Positions 52,904 through 64,000 of a DNA stretch of 64,000 nt are shown here, piece by piece (the first letter of the stretch is position 1; every line of letters begins with the position of its first letter). This stretch comes from Leptolyngbyaceae cyanobacterium (GTDB lineage: Bacteria > Cyanobacteriota > Cyanobacteriia > Phormidesmidales > Phormidesmidaceae). The notes under the pieces are model-generated. The model made no database searches and was not told the DNA's origin. It worked only from the letters and a program-made list of their open reading frames with translations. Location of the stretch: NCBI GenBank assembly GCA_965263355.1, contig CBDHHL010000025.1, forward strand, positions 101,803-165,802, written 5' to 3'. Made by a program: the position numbers and the translations under genes.

Positions 52904-53203
52904 ATGAAACTACCTTGGCCATTTAATGGTCAGTCATGTCGCCCAGAAGGCGATATGACTGGCGAGGACTGGGCATTACGTGCCTTTGAGCAAGCGATGG
53001 CGATGCGAGAGGGTGGCAGCTGGGAAGATGCCAATGTTGATGCTGACGGATTCCCGACAGCTGGTGATTACAATGGTGACTATCCTGATGACGTTCACGA
53101 TTTGCTTAATGAGAGGCTTAGCCATGACCCCAACTATGCTGCAGACGTTGCGAGAGATCTTAACCTCTTATATCGAGGAGAACAAAATCGGTGCAATCGA
53201 TAG
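52904..53203 (+). CDS. Acidic hypothetical protein (element)
   Basis: AGGAG upstream, starts 4 bp after the previous stop. Confidence 0.6.
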   Translation: MKLPWPFNGQSCRPEGDMTGEDWALRAFEQAMAMREGGSWEDANVDADGFPTAGDYNGDYPDDVHDLLNERLSHDPNYAADVARDLNLLYRGEQNRCNR

Positions 53204-53362
53204 GATTCTGAGTAATCTTAGAAGTCCTGCACCTTTGCTTTCCCGTGTTAAGCATGGGTTGATGCGTGGGCATATCAGACCGATTAGTCGAATATTGCCA
53301 CCGGCACAGTCAAACTGAGCTAATTGGATAAGTCAAATTGGTAGGCCAAATGCTTACCGCTT

Positions 53363-55040
53363 TTACTTTGATGTTACTGGCCATAGTTTTTTAAACTGAG
53401 TTTGTTGATTGTTCAAAAAGTAAAGAAAATCTCGTGATTCAGGTACTTTGCCTGGAAAAATTGTAAGTAGTTCAAAACATTCAGGTCTGGGCACAGGAAT
53501 TCGCTTTTTAGGATTGTTAGGATCAACCCTAAGGCGAATCCAGGGATACATACGATGCCAGAGGCGACCGATTTGGCCCATTTTGCCTGTTAGGTCAGAT
53601 TGATAAATGGAGCCTTCACGGATACCAGCAGTGCGATCAGCTCGACGATAGGGGCCGTGAAGCCAATGGACTGCTTCGCTGTCTTCTTTTTCCTGGGCCA
53701 TACGTCCCCAGACCTGAACCTGATTTGGATGCCAGGCTTCCCGCCAGTTAGCGGGTCGGTTTTTTGGGGTATGTCCCTGCAATGTCATCCACTCGCGGGC
53801 GGCCTGGCGTACCTGGTCGATATAGGGGCCGACTTGTTCTAGTTGGTGGGCACGGGTATCAAAGCTTTGGGCACGGGCACCGAGCCATTCCCAATGGCAG
53901 CCAATTAGGGGTTTGTGGCTATCGTCATAATAGTCAGGGTAGACCTAGGCGATGATCGGCCCGTCGCCAGGACTTACCAAAGCCACCGAGCATCATGGCA
54001 AAACGGTTTAGGGCTCTGATCAGCTTAGTGAGGGAAGCTTTTTGGGCTTCAGGGATAGGTTGGGTCAGCTGCCAGGTAAGCAGGCCTTTGACCCGATAGA
54101 CAGGCTGTCGGTAGGAGCCCTGGCCAAATTCGTCGAGGTCTAGAGATTCTTCGGTGAAAGCCATGCTCAATAGTCCCACCTGAGCACCACCACGGGTGAT
54201 GCCGCCAAAAAGTTGTTCGACGATGCGATCAGCGGTATCACCATCGATAAGGCCGCCAAAAATACGCAAAGCATGGCCACGAATGGCGGCACGAAAAATG
54301 TTAGGTCGAAATTCACCTGTACCGTCGATAAGCTTGGCGGCTTGGCCCTGGCCTTTGAGTCCCTGGAGATCGGTACAAGAATCTGGCTTCTGGCTCTAGT
54401 GGGTCCATCGTACCCAGCGCTACACGCGGCAGCCCAGTGTGCAGACTTGCAATGGCCTTTTCCCAGATACCCCAAACAGTTTCCCATTCGCTATCGTCTA
54501 GAGTCTCTGTGCTAGAGATGCCAAACTTGAGTTCTGGCTTGTAGAGAGAGACCTGAAAGAAAGCACTGGATCGTTTGTTGGACTTTACCTGGTTATCCTG
54601 CTGGGGATGAATGATATCTAGTAGTTGATCGGTCCAACGGGTATCGGTGGGATAGCCCCCGTGGAAGCGAAGAATACCAGGGTTAAAGTCTTTGGTGGAA
54701 AGTTCTTGACCACAGTAGCGATTTGCCTGAGCAGTAGTACAGGCCTGGCGGAAAAGGCCTTTCATACTACTGCCAGGATAAAAGGGCCAACCTTTTGCAC
54801 CGACTACAGGGCGAATGATACCGTCGTCTTGGCCACCGTTGGTGACAAATCGCCAGGAGAGATCGTAGGTACGGACTTGGACTTCATCGCTGAAGCTAGG
54901 AGCATCCGGATAGGCTTTGATAATCCATTCGTCTACCCAACGTTCAGCGTCTTGTTCATCGCCATGGCGATTGAGTACAACGCTGGATACGCTGTAGTTT
55001 GCAATTGACGTACCACTTGACCTGAGACTCGAAACTAGTA
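53363..55040 (-). pseudogene. cmr6: Type III-B variant Cmr6-Cmr1 fusion RAMP, broken over several frames as assembled
   Basis: Fragments QDAERWVDEW..WRFVTNGGQDDGIIRPVVGAKGWPFYPGSSMKGLF, SAGY, GEFRPNIFRAAIRGHALRIFGG, LGGFGKSWRRADHR, WREAWHP and GRLWHRMYP. Confidence 0.85.
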
Positions 55041-55372
55041 CAATCGAAACTTACCTGTGGCCATCTTAATGTGTCAGTCATAGTCGCCCAGAGTAGGCGA
55101 TATGAGCTGGCTTGTATCGACTGGGTCCATTACGTGCCTTTGAGTCACAGCGATGGCGTTATGACGAGCAAGGGAGACTGGCTGAGCTTCGGTGAAGATG
55201 TTCCAAAGTTGTTGATGACATGACCTCATGACTTCGGCACTCAGTGATGCCAACTTCGGCACCTCTACCTCAAGCATCCCAAAAAGAGTCTATTGGTCCA
55301 GGTAATAAAAGCATAATCTAGAGTTGCTTCACCGGGTGCATCATTGACCGAAATTGAGGGTTAAAAATTCGA

Positions 55373-56146
55373 TTAATTCGAACTAGAAATTTCATTTTTG
55401 TCATCCTCGGTTTTAGGCGTGAGTTGACTGGTAAGTTTGCGCATAGATTCGCCATTGAGAGTGAGTTTCAAAGAATCATGAACAATGCGGTCAAGAATGG
55501 CATCGGCGAGGGTGGAGTCTTGGATTTTTGGATGCCAATCTTTGATGGGAAATTGAGAGGCAAACAGACAGGAGGCTTGCCGATAGCGGTCATCGAGGAA
55601 ATCGAGTAGTTCGCGAGCGTCATTGGGGGTTAGGGGATCTCTAAGCCATTCATCTAAAATGAGCAAATCGAAGGAAGCCAACTGCTTACGGAATTTAGGA
55701 AAGGAGCCGTCAGCTTTAGCGAATTTAAGTTCGGTAATGAGATTGGCGGTTTTGAAATAACGCACGGTGTGCCCCTGTTTACAAAGATGGTCGGCCAGGG
55801 TGCACGCGAGAAACGTTTTTCCTACTCCCGTCGGCCCCACCATAATGAGATGAAGATGTTGGCAAAGCCATTGCCCTTGGGTCCATTCGAGAAATTGAGC
55901 TTTGTGGAGTCCCCGTGGCACCTTAAAATCGACCTCGCTCAAGGCGGCCCCAATAAAGAGTTGGGCTTGCTTGAGGCGTCGTTTGAGTCGTTGATTTTGG
56001 CGTCGCAAATACTCCCGTTCGACGAGCAAGGCAAAGCGCTCATCAAAACTCAGATCGTGGTAGGTGGGCTGTTCGTGCTGTTCACACCAGGCCTCCAGTA
56101 AGCCCGTGAGTCGTAAGTCTTTAAGTTGGTCAATGGTGGATTGCAT
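55373..56146 (-). CDS. istB: IS21 helper ATPase
   Basis: GPTGVGKT, LLILDE, ADAILDRIVH, GESMRK. Confidence 0.95.
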   Translation of the reverse strand: MQSTIDQLKDLRLTGLLEAWCEQHEQPTYHDLSFDERFALLVEREYLRRQNQRLKRRLKQAQLFIGAALSEVDFKVPRGLHKAQFLEWTQGQWLCQHLHLIMVGPTGVGKTFLACTLADHLCKQGHTVRYFKTANLITELKFAKADGSFPKFRKQLASFDLLILDEWLRDPLTPNDARELLDFLDDRYRQASCLFASQFPIKDWHPKIQDSTLADAILDRIVHDSLKLTLNGESMRKLTSQLTPKTEDDKNEISSSN

Positions 56147-56169
56147 TAGAGGACTCCATAAACGGACTA

Positions 56170-57714
56170 TCAGTTGTAGTAAGCACTGCCACGAACATTG
56201 TCGTGGTCACTACTGGGAAGGGGTGGCACCTCGACAAGCACAGGCGTTTGGTCAAGATGATGTTGGAGAATATGCTTAAGTCGCCGATACCCAGACATGC
56301 CGAGGGTATTGGCGCGTTTACACGCATCTTCTAGGCGTTCGCTGCCATAGCGGGTGGCTAAGCTTTGCAGTCCTTTAAGAGACCGAAAGGCTTGTTCATC
56401 GTGGTCTTTGCTTTTGAAGATCGCCTCGACTTGAGTGTGGGTGTGGGGACCGATCTGATGCGCCCACGCGACAAACGTTTCTTTCGATTGACGGTTGTAC
56501 GCCCAGTGTTCCGGCGGCATATGATGGTCTAGAGTGGTATGGCGATAGGGAGCCACACACCGGGCATGGGTGGCAATCCGCTGGTTATCATAAAACACCT
56601 CCACCAAGTGCTCTGTGGTTTTGACCATCACCGGATGCCCCACATGCCAATAGGGCACCGAATAATAGTGTTTATCGAGGCTAATGTGATAATCCGGGGA
56701 TACTTTGGCCTGCTTCCAGGTAGCAAAGACAAACGGATACTTCGGTAAGGGCTTAAGCGCCCCCTGGTCTACCTGCTCGAACAGCTCACGGCGTGACATA
56801 CCATAGGCATACATCGTCCGGTCATTGAGTTGTTTGAGTAACGGTCGAATCGCGTCATTGAGGTCACTGAGCCGATAGAAGGTTTGGTTGCGTAAGCGAG
56901 CCAGAATTTGACGTTCCACTTCTTGCACCGCTTTTTCCACCTTCGATTTATCTCGCGGAGCCTTGGGTCTAGCGGGCACCACAGCGACTTGATAATGCTC
57001 GGCAAACCCTTGATAGCTCCGGTTAATGCCCGGTTCATACCGACAGGGATCCGTCACCCCTGATTTCAAATTGTCCGGTATAATCTCCTCGGGTACCCCC
57101 CCAAAGAACTCAAGGGCGCGTTGATGAGACCCCAGCCAATTGGCCAGAGTTTGGCTCTCGGTCGCTTCGGCAAACGTATAGTTACTGGCTCCCAAGCAGG
57201 CGACAAAGATTTGTACCGCTCTCACTTCGCCGGTGACTGGATGGGTGAGCGTCAGGGTCATCCCACAATAATCCACCAACATTTTTTCCCCACCTCGATA
57301 GGTCTGACGCATGGAAAGTTTCTGAGTGCCTTTCCATCGGTTATAGCGACGACAAAATTGACCATAACTGATGCTCCAATCGCCCCGGTCTAACCCTTCT
57401 TGCCACAGCAAAGCCAGGGTCACCCCTTTACGACTGAGTTCTCGATAGACCGGGGCAAAATCGATCTCTGTTTTGCTGAGCGATGACGCGCTTTGCTTGC
57501 CCAACCTCTGGTGAGCCTCACTATCGCTGAGTCCTTGAAGCTCCTCATAGTTCAGGCCTTTGGCTGTTGCTCGACGGATGTAGTCTTGGACCGTCGAGCG
57601 CGCAACCGCGCAACTACGCGCGATTTGGGTTTGGTTATACCCCAAAGCGTGCAGACGAATGATTTCTCTAAATTTCTCCATAGACAGTAATTTTCCTTGT
57701 TGTTTTTTCGTCAT
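56170..57714 (-). CDS. istA: IS21 transposase
   Basis: N-terminal HTH, LVDYCG, PDNLKSGV, PRDKSKVE, YYSVP. Confidence 0.95.
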   Translation of the reverse strand: MTKKQQGKLLSMEKFREIIRLHALGYNQTQIARSCAVARSTVQDYIRRATAKGLNYEELQGLSDSEAHQRLGKQSASSLSKTEIDFAPVYRELSRKGVTLALLWQEGLDRGDWSISYGQFCRRYNRWKGTQKLSMRQTYRGGEKMLVDYCGMTLTLTHPVTGEVRAVQIFVACLGASNYTFAEATESQTLANWLGSHQRALEFFGGVPEEIIPDNLKSGVTDPCRYEPGINRSYQGFAEHYQVAVVPARPKAPRDKSKVEKAVQEVERQILARLRNQTFYRLSDLNDAIRPLLKQLNDRTMYAYGMSRRELFEQVDQGALKPLPKYPFVFATWKQAKVSPDYHISLDKHYYSVPYWHVGHPVMVKTTEHLVEVFYDNQRIATHARCVAPYRHTTLDHHMPPEHWAYNRQSKETFVAWAHQIGPHTHTQVEAIFKSKDHDEQAFRSLKGLQSLATRYGSERLEDACKRANTLGMSGYRRLKHILQHHLDQTPVLVEVPPLPSSDHDNVRGSAYYN

Positions 57715-57820
57715 TGGGGCTCATTAACCTCACGTTCTTGTGCGAACGCAGTCTAATGGCCTCCGATGCATCGGGATAAATTACCTGTCCAAATAGATCT
57801 TATTTTGATGTCGAAGTACG

Positions 57821-58030
57821 CATCACTCAGGTGCCGAAGTAACATCATTCAGGTGCCGAAGCTGACATCACTCAGGTGCCGAAGTAACATCACTCAGGTG
57901 CCGAAGCTGACATCATTCAGGTGCCGGAACATCATCATTTAGATGCCGAAGCCACATCACTCAGGTGCCGAAGTTGACGTCATTCAGATGCCGGAATAAA
58001 CATCATTGGGGTGCCGAAGTACACATCATT
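57821..58030. repeat. Nine tandem 22-23 bp units at the IS21 left end
   Basis: CATCAYTCAGGTGCCGAAG-like units starting at 57821, 57843, 57866, 57888, 57911, 57933, 57955, 57978 and 58001, plus a partial unit at 58024. No spacers. Confidence 0.92.
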
Positions 58031-58139
58031 CTGCCATGCGCATTTTGTAAGACTGATTAAGAGATTGTGGGTCACGCTCTCTGGCCATGAGGACTAGCTT
58101 TTGAGCAGATTGATCTAAACCGTAGGATTGCCATGCCAT
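58026..58139 (-). pseudogene. cmr5: Cmr5 small subunit, 5' fragment cut by IS21
   Basis: MAWQSYGLDQSAQKLVL..LNQSYKMRMA starts 2 bp after the cmr4 stop and runs into the IS repeats. Confidence 0.75.
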
Positions 58140-58141
58140 AT

Positions 58142-59233
58142 TTAATAATCTCCCTGCAGTGTGACGTTGCAGCGGCCAAAACCAATGGATTCTAGTCCGC
58201 CAAAGTACATTTCTTTGTCCGTATCTTGATCGAACGGTTGCCATCCTGTTTCTTTAAGGGCAACTGGGAAAACCATGATGCTGCTTTCTGGTAGGGCTTC
58301 TACATTAAAGAATGCGCCAGTGGCTACCTTTTTCTCTTCGGAGTCGAGTCTGACTCGGCTTTGGCGATAAAGGGCCATGTCATGAATCATTGCAATATCG
58401 TTGTTATCGACAACTACAACGCTATCTTTACGGATGCCTACATTATCAGGAATCCAGGGTGTGAGGTCTGCTTCGTGCTCAATTTCGAGAAAACCGAGAT
58501 TGAAGAATAAGACCTTGCTATTGGTATCGACAGGACGAGCCTGGAGGTTTCTGGGAGCTGTGTAGGGAGCTGGAATATCTTGCTTAATACCGGCAATTTG
58601 TTTGTAGCGACGTAGCAGCCAGGGGCAGCTGACCCAGACGATGGGCTGACCGGGACAGAAAACGGGTAGCCAGACGAGGGAAGCATATTCAAACTTAACC
58701 AGGGCTTCGGTGGTGCCACCATCTTCTCGACCTTCCACGGCTTCGTGGCCATACCAATGTTGTTCATCATTGATTTTCTTTTTCTTCAAGGTATGCCCTA
58801 TGCTTAATGTGATTTGTCTTATAAGCTTATATTTTGTTGAATTACCAATTCTTTGCTCACTGATTGCTTCATCTAATTGCTGAGTAAGCATTTCGTTAGG
58901 TAAGAACTCATCACTGCCCTTGTCAATAACCATGGTCTCATCTACATCAAAAATGCGAACATGATAAGAATCAGCAATTTTTGCTACAATCACTAGCTCC
59001 TTGCCTGCTGAAGGAAGTTCTTCAGTGCTCTCAAGAGACATCAAACTAAGGTCATACGTCTTATTGCGCATGTCGGCGCGAAAGCGGCCCCGGATGGAAC
59101 TGCCAGGAATGATACCGGTTTGGGTGAACTGATCACGAAAGATAAGATTCAGGTTGCCGGTTTCTTCACCAGCGCTAGCACCAACGTGGACGGGGGCCAG
59201 GGTTTCAAGGATGCCGTAGGCTTTTTTGTACAT
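58142..59233 (-). CDS. cmr4: Type III-B RAMP Cmr4 with ~90-aa insertion
   Basis: LAPVHVGA, IPGSSIRGRFR, FFNVEALPE, FGGLESIGFG. Start MYKKA at 59233. Confidence 0.9.
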   Translation of the reverse strand: MYKKAYGILETLAPVHVGASAGEETGNLNLIFRDQFTQTGIIPGSSIRGRFRADMRNKTYDLSLMSLESTEELPSAGKELVIVAKIADSYHVRIFDVDETMVIDKGSDEFLPNEMLTQQLDEAISEQRIGNSTKYKLIRQITLSIGHTLKKKKINDEQHWYGHEAVEGREDGGTTEALVKFEYASLVWLPVFCPGQPIVWVSCPWLLRRYKQIAGIKQDIPAPYTAPRNLQARPVDTNSKVLFFNLGFLEIEHEADLTPWIPDNVGIRKDSVVVVDNNDIAMIHDMALYRQSRVRLDSEEKKVATGAFFNVEALPESSIMVFPVALKETGWQPFDQDTDKEMYFGGLESIGFGRCNVTLQGDY

Positions 59234-59280
59234 AGGATAGGTGATGAATCGAATAACAAGGACAGGACAGAACTGGGAAA

Positions 59281-61347
<2,067 letters not shown>

Positions 61348-61348
61348 A

Positions 61349-63178
61349 TTATGTATTGGAACATAGGTGAAACCCGACCTTTGTTAAGTTTATAACCCAA
61401 TTGTTAAAAGCGTTGTGTACTTTACCCATATCCAACTTGTCATCAGCGACCTCAAATATTTCACGATCGCCGAAAATGCCAGTGGAAATATGTTCATGAC
61501 TATCAGATAGACCAGTGGAAGAATTTTCTTCGCGAGCCTTGAAAGTTATTGTGCCATTAACATCTCTGTACAGATTCCACAAAATATCACTGACTTTCCA
61601 GAGCTTATAATCGTCAGCATCTTGCTTATCTGTTGTTAGGAATGTATAGAACTTTCGCCTGTCGAGATCTTCGTTGGAGAGATCTTCCGGTTGTATTGGG
61701 AAATAAATTTTCAACAATTCACGGGCTACATTGGACTGATTACCCATGAACGCATGTCGATTTTCTAGAACGGCAGCGTCATTGTAAAGATGGGTCCAGT
61801 TTTGTTTTTGATTACGGTCGCGATAATCTTCCAAAATCCGTAAAAATCTCCAGGGGCATTGCCATTCCAGATACTTGCCACCGCTAAACAGAATACGCAA
61901 TGCAATCCGATCACGACCGTTAGTCTTAGCTGAACTTTCTGCTAGACGGCAATGTTGTAGGATATCTCGTTGTGGCACTTGAGGGGACGCCCAGACAAAG
62001 CCAGTGCTGACTGTGATAGGTTGCTGGTGGCTCTCCCACACCTCTGACTTGAAATGATAGAACCAGTTTAGACATTCCTGGGGCATCAGTGGATCATCCG
62101 GTGGGTTACGGTAGAGCGTACCAAGAAAGTCATCACCACCAGCGTAAATAATACGCCCGTCACGGGTTAATGATTTACGAGTCTTTTTTGAGCGGGGTAA
62201 ATATCGTCCCAGGTTGTTTCCCCATTGACGAAGCTGATAGCTAAACTCATGTAAAATCTCTTCAGGATTTGCTCCAGCCTGCTGACTCATCCTTTGTAAA
62301 TAGTCTCCTGCCCGATCACCATCGCCCTGAAACCAGCCGGTCCAACGATTTTCTCGGTCTAAATCATCCGATGGAGTTTCATCATTAATATCGGTCCATC
62401 GTCTGACTTGTTTAAATGAACGAGGGGTTTCAACTCCGCTACCTGGTGAGATTACATCATCAATGGTAACTAGACGTTTTACTAGCTCAGGAATGCTGAG
62501 TTGTTCGCGGATACTGATACTTGACCCAGTATCGTCAATGGCCTGACTCAACTGCTGATAGAAGGTTTTTACTTCGTTTTCTTCGATAGCCTTGGTACGA
62601 CTATGGGATGCATGCCGACCCAGTGCTGGCCACGCTCGCGAGTCTTGCCCTGATAGGGTGGAGCTTTCGCCAGTATAGTTAATGCCGGTCCAGGCCCGAG
62701 CGTACTTTATTTGGTTAATATTGTGACGAGCTGCGTCAATCGTGTCTCCAGTAGCCCAGAAAAATTCCCAAGTGTGGTTGATCCATTCGCGCCAGGGGCG
62801 TTCCCAGAAGTATTGCCATGGTTTGTCCTCTGGTGTTGTTGTAACCTCGGTTTCAATCCATTGTCGACAGCGAATTAGCAATGCTTTCCAAGCGTTTTGG
62901 AGTGTTTGGTAAGCCTCTTTCTCAGGAAAATTGCCACGAATGATGATCTGATTAGGAGTACCTTGAGCTACATTAATGCGAGCTGGTGAAATAACTGGAT
63001 CATTAGGCCAAGTTGCATCAGTCAGATCAAAATAAGCGCGTGCTCCATCGCATACGGCTGTCGCCAGGTAGGAAAGGATAAAGGAACTACCGTAAAGATC
63101 ACGGAGTTTACGTGACTTTTCAATAAATCCCTGAACGGGAGCAAATGTAATCGCTGTATAGCAGTCAGTCATCATCAA
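61349..63178 (-). CDS. cas10: Cas10/Cmr2 without HD domain, intact palm GGDD
   Basis: ITFAPVQGFIEKSRKLRDLYGSSFILSYL at the N-terminus, GDGD, IYAGGDDFLG, AKTNGRD. Confidence 0.93.
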   Translation of the reverse strand: MMMTDCYTAITFAPVQGFIEKSRKLRDLYGSSFILSYLATAVCDGARAYFDLTDATWPNDPVISPARINVAQGTPNQIIIRGNFPEKEAYQTLQNAWKALLIRCRQWIETEVTTTPEDKPWQYFWERPWREWINHTWEFFWATGDTIDAARHNINQIKYARAWTGINYTGESSTLSGQDSRAWPALGRHASHSRTKAIEENEVKTFYQQLSQAIDDTGSSISIREQLSIPELVKRLVTIDDVISPGSGVETPRSFKQVRRWTDINDETPSDDLDRENRWTGWFQGDGDRAGDYLQRMSQQAGANPEEILHEFSYQLRQWGNNLGRYLPRSKKTRKSLTRDGRIIYAGGDDFLGTLYRNPPDDPLMPQECLNWFYHFKSEVWESHQQPITVSTGFVWASPQVPQRDILQHCRLAESSAKTNGRDRIALRILFSGGKYLEWQCPWRFLRILEDYRDRNQKQNWTHLYNDAAVLENRHAFMGNQSNVARELLKIYFPIQPEDLSNEDLDRRKFYTFLTTDKQDADDYKLWKVSDILWNLYRDVNGTITFKAREENSSTGLSDSHEHISTGIFGDREIFEVADDKLDMGKVHNAFNNWVINLTKVGFHLCSNT

Positions 63179-63211
63179 TTCTGGATGAACTACAGGTATG
63201 CTACCTAGGGC

Positions 63212-63229
63212 TGGAAGAAGCTGTTTCCA
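63212..63229. promoter_or_regulatory. Palindromic operator-like site 1
   Basis: TGGAAGAAGCTGTTTCCA, 33 bp upstream of the cas10 start. Confidence 0.65.
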
Positions 63230-63328
63230 AATTCCAGATGAGCTTAATTTACGGATAAAGCTGCATGTAGCTTTCGTTACCAGGGTCTTTGAATCAGGAA
63301 GATTTCGATTGTTTTAAGGTTTATCATT

Positions 63329-63346
63329 TGGAAGAAGCTATTTCCA
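63329..63346. promoter_or_regulatory. Palindromic operator-like site 2
   Basis: TGGAAGAAGCTATTTCCA, 17/18 identical to site 1, 42 bp upstream of the GTG at 63389. Confidence 0.65.
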
Positions 63347-63388
63347 GAATCCATCACAATATGGATAAGACCTTAGAAGGATACTGCT

Positions 63389-64000
63389 GTGAAACCTCGA
63401 AATGTTGCTGAGTCGATTACTGACCTGACTAAAAACTTCTTTGCTGCGTTTATTGTAGGAACCCTGATTTTTACCATCATTTCAGATGGGGTTTCTAATT
63501 TATTTTGGGATATGCTGCAAGACCGTCTGAAGACAGAAGATGGGGGACTCAGCTACAACTGGCTACGTTTTGCGATTGTGTTATCGCTTATTGTGCTACT
63601 TTTAGCAGTCACTTACTTTACGAACTTTGCTCAGTGGGCTCAAAAGCACATACCATTTTTTAGGCCACCCTTACAAACTAATGTGGAACGACTAACTACA
63701 CCTTATCCTGGGTTGGTTGTGGCCATGAGTCCTAAGGATGATTCTCCAGCTGAAACGGTGATTCGATTTCACTGGAATAATGGCGAGGGAAGGCACTTAA
63801 AGCATTGCTGGATTATTTGTACCAACAAGTCATTATCTTATGCTACACAAATGGTGCAGCGTTTCACAGAAGAAGGCATCACCCAGGGCGTACAGTTTCA
63901 CTATGGTAGCTATCGTTTGCCCAATATTAATGACCTAGCAGAACCACCTACATTGTTGGTAACAGACGACAAGATCGACGATCCAAACTATGTTCAAGGG
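63389..64000 (+). CDS. 2TM + CARF-like CRISPR effector (Cam1-like), runs off the window
   Basis: Absent from the ORF track. Hand translation from GTG (AGAAGG upstream) gives 204 open codons with TM1 FFAAFIVGTLIFTII, TM2 FAIVLSLIVLLLAVTYF, then YPGLVVAMSP..AETVIRFH..LKHCWIICT. Confidence 0.75.
   Translation, partial: MKPRNVAESITDLTKNFFAAFIVGTLIFTIISDGVSNLFWDMLQDRLKTEDGGLSYNWLRFAIVLSLIVLLLAVTYFTNFAQWAQKHIPFFRPPLQTNVERLTTPYPGLVVAMSPKDDSPAETVIRFHWNNGEGRHLKHCWIICTNKSLSYATQMVQRFTEEGITQGVQFHYGSYRLPNINDLAEPPTLLVTDDKIDDPNYVQG

Larger units (their letters stand above)
47696..53340. mobile_element. Small integrated element (integrative plasmid / satellite-like); ends approximate
   Basis: Integrase, iteron field, AAA Rep, XRE repressor and a string of short unknown ORFs. 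No matching att pair found. Confidence 0.7.
55225..58030 (-). mobile_element. IS21-family insertion sequence; ends approximate
   Basis: istA-istB flanked by the same 22-23 bp motif in inverted orientation (55231-55265 versus 57821-58030). It interrupts cmr5. Confidence 0.9.

Noticed and set aside
47600..53400. tRNA target or direct-repeat att pair for the integrated element
   Set aside because: No tRNA-like sequence or shared flanking direct repeat found by eye.
1235..57690. Many short ORFs antisense to or nested in long genes
   Set aside because: Shadow frames of well-supported genes with no recognisable motifs.
57821..58030. CRISPR array inside the cas operon
   Set aside because: Units are contiguous with no unique spacers, and inverted copies occur at the other IS21 end.
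58785..59060. Intein in Cmr4
   Set aside because: No Cys/Ser start with His-Asn end followed by Cys/Ser/Thr, and the insert is short for an intein.

Overview
Cyanobacterial chromosome segment (frequent HIP1 GCGATCGC octamers, an NtcA box, cyanobacterial gene families; resembles filamentous Leptolyngbya-like taxa). 1-8 kb: decayed and intact coaT-type Co exporter copies with a CoaR-type operator, an EAL protein, SelO and two remnants. 8-34 kb: a TpsB/TpsA/CHAT cluster (TpsA carries an inserted vWA-like domain), an NHLP-type peptide exporter pair with no visible precursor, a SpeD-SpeE fusion plus agmatinase, and a DUF928/FHA-CHAT/CHASE2-GGDEF-EAL cluster. 35-47 kb: a complete guanidine assimilation operon under an NtcA box and guanidine-I riboswitch, plus queG, gcvT and others. 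47.7-53.3 kb: a small integrated element (tyrosine integrase, TGATCA iteron field, AAA_25-type Rep, XRE repressor with operator, HTH/coiled-coil protein on a phased CGCA array) with no virion or conjugation genes. 53.3-64 kb: a cyanobacterial type III-B variant operon (HD-less cas10, cmr3, cmr4 with a ~90-aa insert, cmr5, cmr6-cmr1 fusion) hit by IS982 and IS21, divergent from an uncalled 2TM+CARF (Cam1-like) gene, with twin palindromic operators between them. No CRISPR array, cas1/2/6, rRNA or tRNA was seen. The 53.8-55.2 kb stretch shows signs of consensus error. All assignments come from motif recognition by eye, with no database searches.
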